Source: the human T2T-CHM13v2.0 reference genome, Homo sapiens. From it: a stretch of 64,000 nucleotides of DNA. Of the stretch, positions 43,064 through 58,640 are shown one piece after another. The stretch is taken from assembly GCF_009914755.1 (NCBI RefSeq), contig NC_060941.1, one strand, 5' to 3'. A program made the translations under genes and the position numbers. Within the stretch, counting starts at the first letter, position 1. Each line of letters opens with the position of its first letter. Below the pieces are notes generated by a model. That model saw only the letters and a list, made by a program, of their open reading frames with translations. It did not search any database and was not told the DNA's origin.

Positions 43064-43480
43064 CTATAGTTAATAATACTTGACATTTGCTGAGAGCATA
43101 TCTTAAGGTTCTCATCACGCACACACAAGCTTACTGTGTGAGGTGACAGATGTGTTAATTAGCTTGGTTGTGGTAATGGGTTCACAATATATACATAGAT
43201 CAAAACATCACACTGTGATCATCACATCACCTTAAATGTATACAACCTTAGACAACTATACTTCAATAAAGCAATTACACCTCACTTTGTCAATTATACC
43301 TCAAAAACCTTAGCAATGTGAAGCTGATAACATTCAGAGGGAACATGGAAGAAGGCAATCTTTTAACTAGGTTTAAAAGGATTAAAGATAGGTAAGAATG
43401 GCTGCAGTCACTAGAAAATACCACATTGCCATCACAGAAGACAGGTTTGTTTGAAACACCAAGGGGGAACTTCTGGAAGT

Positions 43481-43560
43481 GAATAGTGAAATCAGTGAAG
43501 TTAAAAATTAAAACACAACAGAATAGTGAAATCAGTGAAGTTAAAAATTAAAACACAACA
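43481..43560 (+). repeat. Perfect 40-bp tandem duplication
   Basis: GAATAGTGAAATCAGTGAAGTTAAAAATTAAAACACAACA x2, identical. Confidence 0.95.
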
Positions 43561-44632
43561 GATTAGCCTCAGATGATGATAGAAATTATAAGAATATCCA
43601 TATGTGGAATTGTCTAGAATATATAGCAATAAAGATTTGCAAACTGTGAAAGATCATCAGGAGACTGGAGAATTGAAATGAGAATATGCAAAATATGCTT
43701 GACAATAATTACAAAAGGAGAAAATGCAGATAATGAGAGAACGGTCCTATTCAAAGGGATAATGGCTAAGGAATTTCTGGAATTGATGAAAACTATTGAT
43801 CTTTAGATTCCAGAACCACAATGAGTGCCAAGAATAAATGAAAGTAGATAATATGCAGAAGTATTGTGATACTGAAGTAAATCAACCAAAATTAATGTTT
43901 AAGAGACCCAGAATCTCAAAAGTATCCACCCACAAGATAGTTTGCACTCAGAAATGGAAACGGGAGAAGGTTACAGTGGAGAAAGCATAATTTTATAAAA
44001 CACACTCACCCAGGTGGTTGCAGTCCAGGGAGAAAGCCCACCTCACCCTCACAGCAGGGGAGAAACTGGCTTCATGTTTCTTGTTAGCGGTTGCACTGAA
44101 AAAGCCCGGCATCCCCTCTGTACTGTTCCTGCTGAAAGTGCAAAACCTGATTCTCAATGTGAGGACGTATCAGGCAACCAAATGGAGGGACGTTCTATTA
44201 AATGACTAGCCTGTATCTGGAAATACATCAATATCAAGAAATCAAAGAGGTTGCAGAACAGTTCCAGATGAGACAACTGAATGAAGGCATGGTTCAGGAT
44301 CTTCTTCCCCTATAAAAACAATATTGGAACCGTTGGCAAAATCCGAAGAAGATGTGAAGGTCTGAGAATTGTATTGTGTTAATGAAGATTTCCTGTTTTT
44401 GATCACTGTACTGTGATAATGTAAGAGCTGCCCTTGGTTTCAGAAACACACGCTCAATACTTGTAGGTAAAGGAGCATCATGTCTGCAACTGACTCTCAC
44501 AGGGTCTAGGAAAATAGTGATAGTATTCTACATCTGCACCAAGAGAAGAGAATTTAGCAAATGTAGTTGAATGTTAATATGAGAGGAATCTGAAGGAATC
44601 ATAAATGGATTTTTTTTGCACTACTATTGCAA

Positions 44633-44925
44633 CTTTTTTTTTTCTTTTTTGAGATGGAGTCTTGCTCTGTTGCCCAGGCTGGAGTGCGGTGGTGCGATCT
44701 CAGCTCACTGCAACCTCCATCCCCTGAGTTCAAGCAATTGTCCTACTTCAGCCTCCTGAGTAGCTGGGATTACAGGCACCCCGCACCATGCCCAGCTAAT
44801 TTTTGCATTTTTAGTAGAGGCGGGGTTTCACCACATTGGCCAGGATGGTCTCAAACCTCAGGGAATCCACCTGCCTCAGTCTCCCTAAGTGCTGGGATTA
44901 CAAGCCTGAGCCACCACGCCCGGCC
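44633..44925 (-). mobile_element. AluS-like
   Basis: TSD GCAACTTTT. Confidence 0.92.
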
Positions 44926-45035
44926 GCAACTTTTAAAGTGTCTGAAATTACATCAAAATAAAAGATAGGAAAAATTAGAGAAATTAATGTAGGCAAGGCA
45001 GATATCTCAACAGCCACACAACAACCATGGAAAGA

Positions 45036-45334
45036 TTTATTTATTTATTTTGAGGCAGAGTTTCACTCTGTTGCTCAGGCTGGAGTGCAGTGGTGTGATC
45101 TCAGGCTTACTGCAACCTCCACCTCCTGGGTTCAAGGGATCCTTCCATCTCGGCCTCCTGAGTAGCTGGGACTACAGGCATGCACCACCACACCCGGCTA
45201 ATTTTTGTAATTTTTGGAGAGACAGGGCTTCGTCATGTTGCCCGGGCTGGTCTCAAACTCCTGAGCTCAAGCGATCCACCCACCTTGGCCTCCCAAAGTG
45301 CTGGGATTTCAGGCATGAGTCACTGCACCCAGCC
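45036..45334 (-). mobile_element. Alu (J/S)
   Basis: Alu dimer with (TTTA)n tail. Confidence 0.9.
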
Positions 45335-46522
45335 AGGTTTCTTTAATATACTGAGGAAATATAACTGTCAACCAAGATTTATCTGCTTACATAGTGATCA
45401 CTCAAGATTATGAATTGAATCAAAACCTTTTCAGGCAAAAAAGAAGACTTGAAGAGTTCATGGCTAAGAGAAATTGCATTGAACTAAGTAGTAAGGATGT
45501 AGTTGAAGGAAACCAAAATATTTCACCCCATAATATATTTGGACACATTTTGAGATGGCTGTTTAGAGGGGCCTGCAAACAGAAGCAGCCCTGCAAAGCT
45601 GTCTTTTGAGGGGAAGGTTTGCATCTGTAGAGAATCCGCACTGACGCAGGCAAGTTTCCTCTGAAGCCTTCCCTTGTCTGGATCTAGGAAGGAGTCCCTC
45701 ACAGTCTGACATATTTAGCCATCAGAAAGAAACATTTACCATCTATTCTCTCCGAGGACTGCTGTCTGTGTGGTTCTGTCTGCATTCTGAGACCACCTTT
45801 GCCAGCCAGGCCTCCTCCTCCCTCTCCCCTAACCTGTCTTGCTGTCATCCCAGCCTCTGTTCCTTCTGTAATCTCAAGGCGGTAAATAAGCTTCTGCACA
45901 CCATTGTGGGGTTGGGATCATCGCTCTGGTCCTTCTCCATCTGCACATTAATAAACGTGCATGCCATTTCTCCAATTAATCTGACTTTTGTGAGTTGATT
46001 TTTCAGTGAACTTTTCAAGGGCAAAGTGGAGGTTTTCTTTTGGCCCCTACAGTTTTGGTGTCCTGAACAGAATACCAAAGCTGCTTTGCTCTTCTGGAAG
46101 CTTCAGTCAGGGGACCCAGGACCTGACAAGCTGGCAGAAGGGTAACAAATTCTTACCAGCCAGGCTTCTGGCTGGTCTCTCTGTGGAATCCAGGTGAGCA
46201 GATGGTAAAAATCAGTCATTTTTCCTCTGCAAGATGTTGATTAGTGTGAGAAAGGATCTGTGTGAACAATGTTGGGTGCAGCGACTCTGGTGTACTTTTT
46301 GGTGTGAATATTCATATTGTTTAGTGCCCTTCCTTCCGGGAGGATTCTTCTCCTCTGTCTTGGTCTTCCTGTGTTCTGTCCTGAGGAGAGGACTTGTAGG
46401 GTAGAATGGGGGCTGAAGATCCTGCCAGCCCATTGTTCAGGCCAGACCTGAAGAGCAGCCAGTCTGCGGCTGAGATCAGATGGGCATTCAAACTTTGCTG
46501 TGGGTCCTCAAAATAGAAGCCA

Positions 46523-46815
<293 letters not shown>

Positions 46816-47232
46816 TAGAAGCCAGATGAGGACCCCTCTCATCTTGTTTTATGCCCTGGAGTGTTTGACTTGTGACAAGTGGGAGCACTGTCTCTTGTTT
46901 CTACCATCTGGGGTGTGATTTTTGGGTCCCATCAGGTGTTCAGTCTGAAGATGCCTGGGAACCTGAGATACAAGGTTTTAGGCAGCACACTTTTTGCTCT
47001 GAATGTGTCCAGCTGTTGGGAATGTTTGTCTTAATAAGAAGTCCCATCCATAAGGAATTTTTGTGGTCTGGCCCTTGTTGCCTGGATAGTCCTGGGAAAG
47101 TCCCATCCTAGGAGAGCTGTCCAGTGTCATGAATTAAGGGGTCTTTGATGGGTGTCCCCAGAAATGTGTGGGTCACCAGAGGCACTGTGTACACAAACAC
47201 CATCCTAACCATGTGTGGCAACAGAGTCCGTT

Positions 47233-47590
47233 GCTTTGCAGGGACGTGGATGGAGCTGGAAGCCATTATCCTCAGCAAACTAACACATGAACAGAAAACA
47301 AAACACTGCATGTTCTCCTTTATAAGTGAGAGCTGAACAATGAGAGCACATGGACACAGGGAGGGGAACAACACACACTGGGGCCTGTCGGTGGTGGGGA
47401 GGGAGAGTATCAGGTTAAATAGCTAATGCATGCGGGGCTTGATACCTAGGTGATGGGTTGGTAGGTGCAGCAAACCGCCATGGCACATGTTTACCTATGT
47501 AACAAACCTGCATGTCCTGCACATGTATCCTGGAACTTACAACTAAGTTAAATTAAATTAAATTTTAAAAAGAAAGAAAAACAATAGACA
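47233..47590 (+). mobile_element. L1PA 3' end fragment in ERV internal
   Basis: TTTGCAGGGACGTGGATGGAGCTGGAAGCCATTATCCTCAGCAAACTAAC...ACATGTATCCTGGAACTTA. Confidence 0.9.
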
Positions 47591-48059
47591 AGAAATAGGA
47601 ACTAAGGAGCTAATTTTTATTTTATTACTTCAACCAATAAAAACTGTGGGTTAAAATTAAAAAAAGTCTCTTCCTATCTGAGCCTGTTTCTAGGAGTGAA
47701 TTTTACTGGAGGGATCTTTGGAACTGCCTATCCTCACCCTCTTCAGGAAACAAGTCTTTCTTAAATGGTAATAGCCTACTCTAAGCCTGAAAAACCACAT
47801 CCGGGGCTTTCCATGAAGAGGCTGTGGGATGGAGTTGCTATTAGAGTAAGTACATCATTGGAAATTCTAGCCATTAGCAGCCAAAAGATGGATTCTTTAA
47901 GTCAGAAAGACCTCTAAATTACAAAAAATAGTTTAGAGATTTCTTATTCTAAACAACTGCCTTATTTATGTTCATTGGAAGATTAAATTAAAAGACACAT
48001 CATAGTGTCATGGCTTGCCTTAGAAATCCTCTTGATGAGGTTAAAGAGCAAAAGTCTGA

Positions 48060-48447
<388 letters not shown>

Positions 48448-48916
48448 CCACCTTGCAGTCTTGTTAAAATTCCACACATTCACTGCCATGGCCTGGGTGC
48501 AGGTCCTGGTCAGGAAGCCAGTCGCTTTTGGTTTGATATTTGTGTGACTTTTGACTTTGTGGCGTACCCACTTGTCATTGATCCTTTCCCCTTCCATAGA
48601 CAGCTTTTGGTTTTCTGTCATCTCCTGTTTGAGGGGTTACACGGGGCTCTTAGGCTTTTGTGTGTATATGGTCAGCTGAAAGGCTGAGACCCTGGAAGAT
48701 ATGACTGGCAGATGTGGGTTGTACCCCATTTGTGGCTAGCAAAACTTTCCTTTCTTTGAGCTGTCTTTGAGGTGGTTCTGGATCTGGTGAGGACTGCTGT
48801 GCTCCTCTCTGGAGATGCCTCATGTGTCCTTGGTTAAGTCATAATCTTGATTAAGCCTTATTGGTTTTGGTGAGCCACTTGAGGCAGTATCTTTGTTTAA
48901 AAAAAAAAAGATCCAA

Positions 48917-49198
48917 TGGTACAATCTCCTGTAATCCCAGCACTTTGGGCGGCTGAGGCAGGAGGATCACTTGAGCCCAGGAGTTCGAGACCAGCCCTGG
49001 GAAGCAAAGTGAGATCCTGTCTCTACAAAACTACAAAAATTAGCCAGGTGTTGTGGCATGGGCCTGTAGTCCCAGACACTCAGGAGGCTGAGCTGGGAGG
49101 ATTTCTGGAGCCTGGGTAGTCGAGGCTGCAGTGAGCTGTGATCGTGCCCCTGCACTCCAGCCTGGGTGACAGAGTAAGACTCTGTCTCCAAAAAAAAA
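48917..49198 (+). mobile_element. AluJ-like
   Basis: Alu dimer with short A tail. Confidence 0.88.
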
Positions 49199-49202
49199 GT
49201 TT

Positions 49203-49542
49203 CTCTTCTTTTTTGAGACTGTCTCACTCTGTCACCTATGCTGATATACAGTGGTGTAATCTCAGCTCACTGCAATCTTCACCTTCGAAGATCAAGGAAT
49301 TCTCATACCTCATCCTCCCAAGTAGCTGGGATTACAGGCATGTGCCACCACTCCTGGCACTTTATTTTATTTTATTTTATTTTATTTTATTTTACTTTAT
49401 TTTATTTTATTTTATTTTATTTTTAGTAGATACAGGGTTTCTCCATGTTGGCCAGGCTGGTCTTGAACTCTGGTCTCAAGTGATCCACCTGCCTCAGCCT
49501 CCCAAAGTGCTGAGATTAAAGGCATGCGCTACATGCCGAGCC
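49203..49542 (-). mobile_element. Alu with expanded (TTTTA)n middle tract (~49361-49424)
   Basis: Alu dimer; pentanucleotide microsatellite in the linker. Confidence 0.88.
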
Positions 49543-49582
49543 ATAAAGATAGTTTTTAAGTTATTGCTACAGTAAAATAGAA

Positions 49583-50175
<593 letters not shown>

Positions 50176-52967
50176 AAAAGTAAATAAAACAGAAACATCT
50201 TCAGAATTTAATTTAGACATTTTTGCCTGGGTCTAATTAGGCAGGTTTTTACTGTCTCTGTTAGGTGTTTTACAGTCATAAAACTGAATGGATAGCGGGG
50301 GGGAAAAGAAAATAGAAAAAATGCAAGAAGTTATAAAAGGTTTATGAAAATCTTATTTTATGTGATCAAAACTGAGATTGAAGGGATCTATTTATAAGAT
50401 TTTATTAAAATTAGCTTTAGCATTAATACACCGTTGCAAAGGCAGAATTTGTTTTTCTCTTTTAAACATGATTTTCATGTAGTATTAATAAGCGATAGTA
50501 AATGATTTTTGTTTTCCTTGTAAGTAAACTGCACAAAAAAGAGGAGAGAGATGGATTTTGTTTGCTTCATGCTGTCTTCATTAGGTCTTTTGATTATTTG
50601 GGAAACAGAGTCTCCCTTCTATCAAAGAGTAAAAGTTTTTGGTTTTAAAAATCTTTACATTATCACTTGGGGTAATCATCACTAATGAATGACTATTACT
50701 TTATAGTGGCGTGTGATTCATCCTGTTTTTTATCAAGTGTTTTAAACTGTTGATATTTGGAAAACTTCCCAAAATCTAATTTGAAATTATGAAAGTAAGT
50801 ATTTTCATGAAGAACTCCTGGAAGTCCAAGAGGGACGTATTAGTCTTATTTGGTATGCAAAAATCATATGGAAAGACTGGCCACATAAGAAATTGTATTT
50901 AAATTTCTTTGAGTTGTAGTTATAAAAATGTGTTATTAATATGTGTTCCTAAATGGTATGGGGTTACTAAAATTCTGATATGTCTTCATATGTGTTATCA
51001 GTAATAATTATGATTATTATATTAAATTGCTGAATGTCACAGAAGTAACCAAATTTCCTTGTCACTTGTGTCTTTAACCCTGGTTATTTTAAGTCTTTTG
51101 TCATCCACAGATAATTTTTGTTTTACTTTGACTCTTCTCAGAAAGCAGTTTATGATTTATTATAGTCAAAAGCTTGCTTCTTCTTCAAGGAAATTTATCA
51201 AAAAGTCCTTGACAAGTACTCTTGGATACAGATTTCCGGTAAGTTTGGATATCATACCATTGGACTAGGCAAAAACTTCCAGAACTCTGATAAGAGAAGG
51301 TGATGGGTTCCTGAAGATTGCTAACCCAACATCAAGCAGAACAAGAGTTAATTACATGGGACTGAACTGATAGAGGACTGAACATTTTTTTTTCTCGACT
51401 CTTTGGTTTGAAACATTGTGGATTCTTTCTATGCTTTGTTTTCCAGAATCAAGAAAACTATTTCCTCTTAAGCCATCCATAGCTTTTAACAATTGAACAA
51501 AATTGAAACATTTATCTCTCTCTCTACCAGATTTCTCTAGAAATCTGTTATTTGCATAAGCTCAGTAAGAATGGTTTTTTTTAAAATAACAGGACATAAC
51601 TGGAGACACTGGTTATTTTACCAAGGTTTTGACAAGAATGGCATATTTTCAGATATGATGAGCGTATTTAGCAGAACTAAAGTTGATTTTATAGATCTAA
51701 TAAAAATCCTTGTGGAAAGACTGGCCAGGTACCTTGTCTACACAGTTCCCTTACAAGGTTCTGGACCTTGCAGTAAGTAAAGAATGTCACTTTCTGAAGG
51801 GCCCAAGAACCTCAAGATATATTGGGACCTCAAGAAGGGAGGAATTCACCAAATTTGTACAGGCATTACAGGCGCAGTCTGATGGCAAACTCTTGGCTTG
51901 GTTTCCTAGCCTTTAGAGGATTTTAAAAGTCTAATCTGAAATTCCTTATGAAAAAGTTCCAGCAAGGCCAACTTAAAAGAATGGCCAATCACCATTTTTT
52001 TCTGTACTTTATTCAAACAATCAGGCCAATTATAACAAAACGAAAACTTATTTTGTGAATAAATTGGTCCTATTGTGATTTGTCTTTGTTAGAAATGGGG
52101 AACTGGAGAGAGAAAAACTATGTTTCAGAAGAAAACTATAGTATACCCACTATTCTATTCTAGCCCTGTCCATTGTTTTTCAGTTTTTATTACTTGTCTA
52201 CAACTGGGACTGAATCCTGAATTCTTTTCTGGCTACAAGTCTCCAAGCTAATGTTCTCACATTTTCTCACATTTTTCTGACTTGGAATCACTAGAAACAA
52301 AAAAAACTGTGCTTTTCTTAAAGCCCTGCAAATTGACGCTAGAAAACTTGATATAAACTTTAGGAGAAATCACTATAGCAACTTTACATGTAAACAGCCT
52401 TTGTACCTGTTGATGTATAGACTACTCAGAAAGTTTGTTGGAACACCTGATTCCAACTAATATCCAGAAAAATCTGTCAGATTACCACTACAATTTGAAG
52501 ATGCTTCAGCGACTCTGGAAAAACTAGTCTATACACTATTCCAGACATTAACCTTTGTTTTTCTTCTGTTTCCATAGAAATGTCTCAAGAAGATCTGAGA
52601 CAAAATATTTAAATTTGTTCTTTTCTGCTCATTCAAATTTGTCATTTCTTTTCTTTGCCTGTCTCTTATCTAACAAGCTCCAACCTAAATATCTCCAAAG
52701 GAATCAACTTGCCTTTTTATATGTGAAACATTTGAAGTTTCAAAGTGGGGAGTGGAGAAAACCAAAAATATTTTATCTCAATATATACTTTGGTGCACTG
52801 GAAAAAAAGACTGGAAAAAAAAGGAAAAGGATACTCTTGGCATATTTTGAGATGGCTTTTCAGAGGGCCTGCAAACAGAAGTAGGCCTGCAAAGTTGTCT
52901 TTTGTTGGAGAGATTGGAAAGACAAAAGCACCCCACAAATACAATTTATTTATAAAACATTATGTGT

Positions 52968-53411
52968 TGTCTTAGTCCATTTTGTATTACTACAACAGAG
53001 TACCACACAGGCGGAGTAATTTATAAAGAAATTTATGTCTCACAGTTCTTGAGACTGATAGGTCCAGTATTAAGATGCTGACATGTGGTAAGGGAAGGCT
53101 TTCTTGTTGCATCATCCCATGGTGGAAGGTCGGGGGCGGGGGAGAGAGAAGAGAGAGAGCGAGCGAGCGAGAGGGAGAGAGATACCCACTGCCATGATAA
53201 CTAACCCACTCCCGAGATAAGGGCATCAATCCATTCATGAGGTTAGAGCTTTCACGGCCTAATCACGTCGTCTTAAAGATTCCACCTACTTTGGCTCTTC
53301 CTCATGGCACCTTTTTATTTTAAAAAATAAAAGGTCCTACCTCTTAATGCTGTTGCACTGGGGACCAAGTTTCCAATGCATGCTTTTGGGGGCCACACTC
53401 AGACCACAGCA
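52968..53411 (-). mobile_element. MaLR LTR (MSTD-like)
   Basis: TGTCTTAGTCCATTTTGT...CACACTCAGACCACAGCA. Confidence 0.8.
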
Positions 53412-53509
53412 GGTGTCTAGCCCCACTGTGTCTTGCAGTCAAGCAAACAAAGCCAGGAAGGAGTCGGGAGCCCTGAGCCACGTGGCCTGTCAAGGAATCA
53501 CATGGAAGT

Positions 53510-53963
53510 TATGTCTGTTTCTCATTGCTGCTATGGCTGAATACCACAAACTGGCTTAAAACCACACACGTCTGTGCTACATTTCTGGAGGCGAGAAATC
53601 CCAAATAGGTCTATCTGGCTAAAGTCACGTTGTCTGCAGGGCTGCGCTCCTTTCTGGGGGCTCCTGGGGAGACTGTTCTTCACCATCTCAGCTTCCAGAA
53701 GCTGCCCACATTCTCTAGCTAACAGCCACATCACTCCAACCTCTGCTTCCATGCCCACCTCTCTTTCTATGACCTGGCCCTCCTGCCTCCCTCTTTAGGA
53801 ACACTGTGATCATCTTGGACCCACCCGTGAAATCCAGGACATCTTCTCCAGAGCCTCACCTCAATGCAGGGGCACATCCCCATTGCCACATATGTAATAT
53901 GGTCGCTGGTTTCATGGCCTGGGATGGGAATAGCTTTTGGGGGGCATTGCTCTGCCTACCACA
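53510..53963 (-). mobile_element. MaLR LTR (MLT1C/D-like)
   Basis: ...ATACCACAAACTGGCTTAAAAC...GGGCTGCGCTCCTTTCTGG...CTCTGCCTACCACA. Confidence 0.8.
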
Positions 53964-56900
53964 GTAACGAAGAGCTTGGGACAGCTGCACTTGTTAACAT
54001 GTTGGTCCACAAGAACTAAGGCCCTGAAGGATTTGACTGCTTCCCGCTCCCTTCTCCTGACTCCAGGTAGCAGTGAATCCACAGGAGAGACAGGGATCAG
54101 TTGACCTTAGGGTGTGTCTGGTGTCAACTCTAATTGGACCAGTAAGGGAACAGAAGCCTTGAGAAAGTACCACAACAGTCTGAAAGTACTCAGACAGCCA
54201 GTGTCTGTGACCATGCTGCCATTCAGATTTCTGCCACTTGTTTTCCAGGCTGCAGATTCTTCAACACACGAAACCAGTCACGCGACGGGACACTCAATGG
54301 TGCTGCTTGTCCTGCTTAGTTTGGCCTGGGGTTGCTTGCTACAAGGCAAGCTCCACCCACAGCTCTGATAACCCGCCCTTCTCTCCAGTCTCACTGATCT
54401 CCCGGGTGGTCAATCTGGAAGGGGTCTTACTGGAGTTGTGAGGCAGGCAGAGGCCAGAACCAACAGCCATGCCTGGTTAGAGAATGCAGCATCCTAAGCA
54501 GAGGCAAGGAGGAATCTGGCTGTCCTCCAAGTCTCAGCCTCTTCAGCCGGCACCACAGACTTCTGTGCCCATGCGCCTGGGCCTGCAGCTGCCTGAGGTC
54601 CATATCTATTATGTCTACTGGCTGGGCCAGGGCCGTGTCCCCCTTCTCCCAGCTGAGTCAGTGTCTGAAAAGCAGACCTGATATTAATCCATATGTCTAG
54701 CAGGGTCCTTGATATCAACACACCAAAAGGAGGAAAAACTCATCAAACTGGAGTTTATCCTCAATTTTTTGTTGGGGTACAACTTCACTTGTCACAATAT
54801 GATGACAATAAAATAAAAGTTTTATAAGATCTCTCAAACCCAAGGGTTGGGAAACAAATTAAGCCTCAAATGAGGGGTTATGTGTGCCAGACAAATTATA
54901 GGCCTGGAATTTGGAGGGCCAGCCCCACCTGGAGCTACCACTTGGCAGCCCCTTCACTCCCATAGCAACCAGCACAAACTAGGCAGAGGTGGGCACCTGC
55001 CAGGGCTGTGTTCCTCCCAAAGCCCACCCTGCCCCAGGGGTGATACCCTGAGGGTCCAGTGCTCAGTCCAGTCCTGCAGTCAGCCCAGCCCATACCCAAC
55101 ATCCTGATTTGCCTTCCAACAGCCTTTGGCTGGTAACATCTCACCCCAGATTTCCAGCCGGAAAGCTACTCTGGAACCAACAAACTCAGATTCCAAGGAG
55201 AAGAGAGAAACTCACAGGAATTGCAGCCTGGAGAGGGTAAGCTCACTCCATATCTTGATACGTAGACCAGTAAGATCCAAACTGGGCTGCAGCCTGCAGA
55301 GGCATGTGGCTCACACACAGCTTCCTATCAGAGTTCTTACACCTCTGGGCATCTCATCTGAGATGTCCCCGTCTCTGCCATGGTGACCTTCCCCTCCACC
55401 CGTGCCCTCCATCCTTCCTCCCTGTGGTGCGCTCAGCCTTGATCCATCAATTACCTCTCCCTCTCTTTTACATAAAACTCAGTTCTTTGTCATCCACTTC
55501 CTGTCAGCCTTTGCAAAAGGTGAACTCTCACACGAGAAATAACTGAAGTTCTTCTATGCACCGCTGACGTGAGTGTAGCGGCTGGAGTGTGAAATCAGAG
55601 CTACAGAGGCAGGTGGACCGGTGCATATCTCCAGTGGGTGAAGGTACATGCATGTCCATTTCATTATAATTTTTAGAGTATAAAAATAGACTCTATATCC
55701 CCTACTGAGTATAAGATGTCTTTTCACAGTAATGAGAAATAAACAAAAGCAACCCCTCTCCCACATAACCAGTGTAAATTTGGGCTCTTATTCAAGTCAG
55801 CTCGGGTTTGAATTCTAGCCAACTGGTAAGAAGCAGCATGATTTTGGACAATCACTTAACTTCACTAAGTCTGTTTTCTACCTATAGGATCAAGCACCAG
55901 CTCCAAACAAACAAACAAAACATCAGAAGGCAGAGCTGTGATCCAAGCCCTCTTTTTCATGTTCAGAGCATACATCCTCCACCTTCATCCTACAATAATA
56001 TCCCAACTAATGGAAATAATTATTTCTATTTTTGATTGCTTGTGACCTTTATAGCAGCCATGCATGAGGACACCCTCCACCCCTACCCTTGTTACTAACA
56101 CGTACAATTGAACTAAAAAATATCAAGACATAATACTCAACAAACAACCCAGTCCCTGCTTCTCATGTTAGTTAAAAGCACACCAACAGGTAACTGGGAG
56201 ATTCATACTGTGTAAAGTAGCAAATATTCCAGGCCAAATATTCCTTGTGGGAGGAGCAGTGATGATCTCTGCAGCTCTCCATGCAGTGGGAGGCCTCCCT
56301 TGGACTGGTCGTTAGTGAACCTGCTTCACACCCTCCACAGCTCTTCCTGCAGTCTTCCAAGGCCCCCAGACTTGCCTTGTCCCCTCTCACAGGAGTGCTC
56401 TGTCTGCCTGTTGATGCTGGAGGTGCAGGTGGGAGCTTCTCGGGCCAACTGCTGGGGTCTCTGTCTCCTCAGATCTGCTGCAGGAGAACATCTTCCTGTA
56501 ACCTCATCCTGTGTGTCTGCCCATTGGCTCTGCCAACTCACGGGGTGGCTGACATACTCTGGACAAGACACCCACCAGCATGAGTTTGCCTCTTCTTTGT
56601 CACGGCAGTAAGGCTTTGTTCTAATTGTGTCACAGGAGCATTGAGGAGGACAGAAGCAGCAACTGTGACCTCCCCCTTGGCCATCAGAGGCACAGCTCTG
56701 CCCAGCTGCAGGCCACCTGCGGGCAGACCATGGCTCTCTGACACTCTGCATTTGAAAGCAAGTCTACAGTTGTCTTCCAAAGTGCTGACTCTTTTGAAAC
56801 ATCATCAAAAAGAAAAAAGAGGAGAGATTGGAAGAAAAGCTGTGAGATGATGGAGGCCTGAGAGGGAGAACTGAAGAAGGGTGGAGGACCTCAGGCCAGG

Positions 56901-57504
56901 GCCAAGAGGGACCAGCACTAAAGCCAAGGGTGGGCAGGAGCAGGGGCTTGTGGATGTCCCAACTCAGACAGTGCTGCCCTCTTGCACCATCCCTCAACAT
57001 ACAGGTGGGCAGTGTGACTGCCTGTGCCAAGGTGGGCAGGAAGGGGAACTGCCTCCTATCAAGGTATGGGAATTTCCTCCTGTGTAGGGAAGTGGAGAAC
57101 CTATTATTTTTGCTACAACAATGTTCCTTCTCATCTTGTCTCCCTCAAATAGATGCTGGGATCCTGGCCAGGAGGTGCTGTCTTCCGGTTTTCTGTCTGT
57201 CCCTGGGCTGGAGTCTCAAGTGACAGGACAGGACACCTGGCAGACTCCTGAAAAACTCTGGCATGCCTGCAGTGTGCCCTGAAATGGACGCTGCCGTCCC
57301 TGCAACAGGGACACATGCTCCTTTCTCTAGAGTTACAGTGTCTTCAGGCTTTTCATCTTCATGGAGGTCAGTTTTTACCTTAAGTTATTAATTTTCTTAC
57401 AACATTTAGCATCTTGGCAGCAGGCTGTGATGCTTGAGTGGTGCTCACACACTGAGTTCTTAGACCTGATAATGCTTATTTTAAAGTTGCAAGGTCTACT
57501 ACAT

Positions 57505-58080
57505 TGACCCGAGGAATAAAAATTAAATCTTAAGTTCCCCCAGTTGACTGATAGAACCCTCTCTTGGCCAAAGGGCCCCAGAGAAACCTTAAAAACTGAG
57601 CTCCTGGCCATGATGGGATGGGAGGTCAGATACACTTCACCATGTCCCTTCCATATTAACCTTTAGCCAGAACTCTTTCCTAAGGAGTAAGCAGAAACCA
57701 GCTCTGGCAAACAAGAAACACAGGACTCATTCCTTTATCATCTGTAGCCAATCATCTGAGGCCGTGGCTGGACTCGCCCTACCTCTTTGCAGTTTTGGAG
57801 TGACAGTCACCAGCTTCACAGTGCATCCTTCCTAAAATGGACCACCGCCTCTGGACCATTTTTGGCTGGCTCACAGAGGATGCACAGTGAGTGGTTTGTG
57901 GCCCCTGCTTCACCTTTTGATGTCAGAGGCTAAAAACTACACCCTCGCATGAACACGTGACCCATGAAGAGGCATGAAACTCAATGGCACATTCACATTT
58001 CTCCTTTCATAAATATTCATTGCTCCTCCTATAGTTTATTGAATATGTATGTTCTGCCACTCCATTCAGCATAAATTCCA
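57505..58080 (+). mobile_element. MER4-family LTR (3'-truncated)
   Basis: AATAAAAATTAAATCTTAAG...CTCTTGGCCAAAGGGCCCCAGAGAAACCTTAAAAACTGAG. Confidence 0.75.
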
Positions 58081-58089
58081 CACAGAATA

Positions 58090-58640
58090 CAGTCTCTCCT
58101 TCATATCCACGGGTTCTGCATCCATGGATTCAGCCAACCTCGATTCAAAAACATTTGAAAAAAAAGAATGATTGTGTCTGTACTAAATGTACAGATTTTT
58201 TCTTGCCATTATTCTCTGAACAATACAATATAACAACTATTTACATAGCATTTACATTGTATTAGATATAAGTAATCTAGAGGTGATTTAAAGCAATCTT
58301 GTCCAACCTGTGGCCTACCCTCCAACACAAATTTGTAAACTTTCTTAAAACATTATGATTTTTTTTTTGCGATTTTTTAAAGCTCATCAGCTATCGTTAG
58401 TGTTAGTGTATTTTATGTATGGCCCAAGACAATTCTTCTTCCATTGTGGCCCAGGAAAACCAAAAGATTGGACACCCCTGATTTAAAGCATGTGGAGGAT
58501 GTGTGTAGGTTATATGCAAATACTATACTTTCATATATAAGGGACTTGAGCATCCGGTAATTTTGGTGTCCAAATCACCAAAACCCTTCCAGAGGAGGAG
58601 TTTTGGGACCAATCCCTTTGAAGATACCAAAGGATAATTG
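58090..58640 (-). mobile_element. MER2 (TcMar-Tigger) containing a MER30
   Basis: TA-flanked; TCCACGGGTTCTGCATCCATGGATTC...GGTTATATGCAAATACTA...GGGACTTGAGCATCC. Confidence 0.85.
58294..58480. mobile_element. MER30 (hAT-Charlie) nested in MER2
   Basis: CAATCTTGTCCAACC...GATTGGACACCCCTG; perfect 8-bp TSD ATTTAAAG at 58286-58293 and 58481-58488. Confidence 0.88.
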
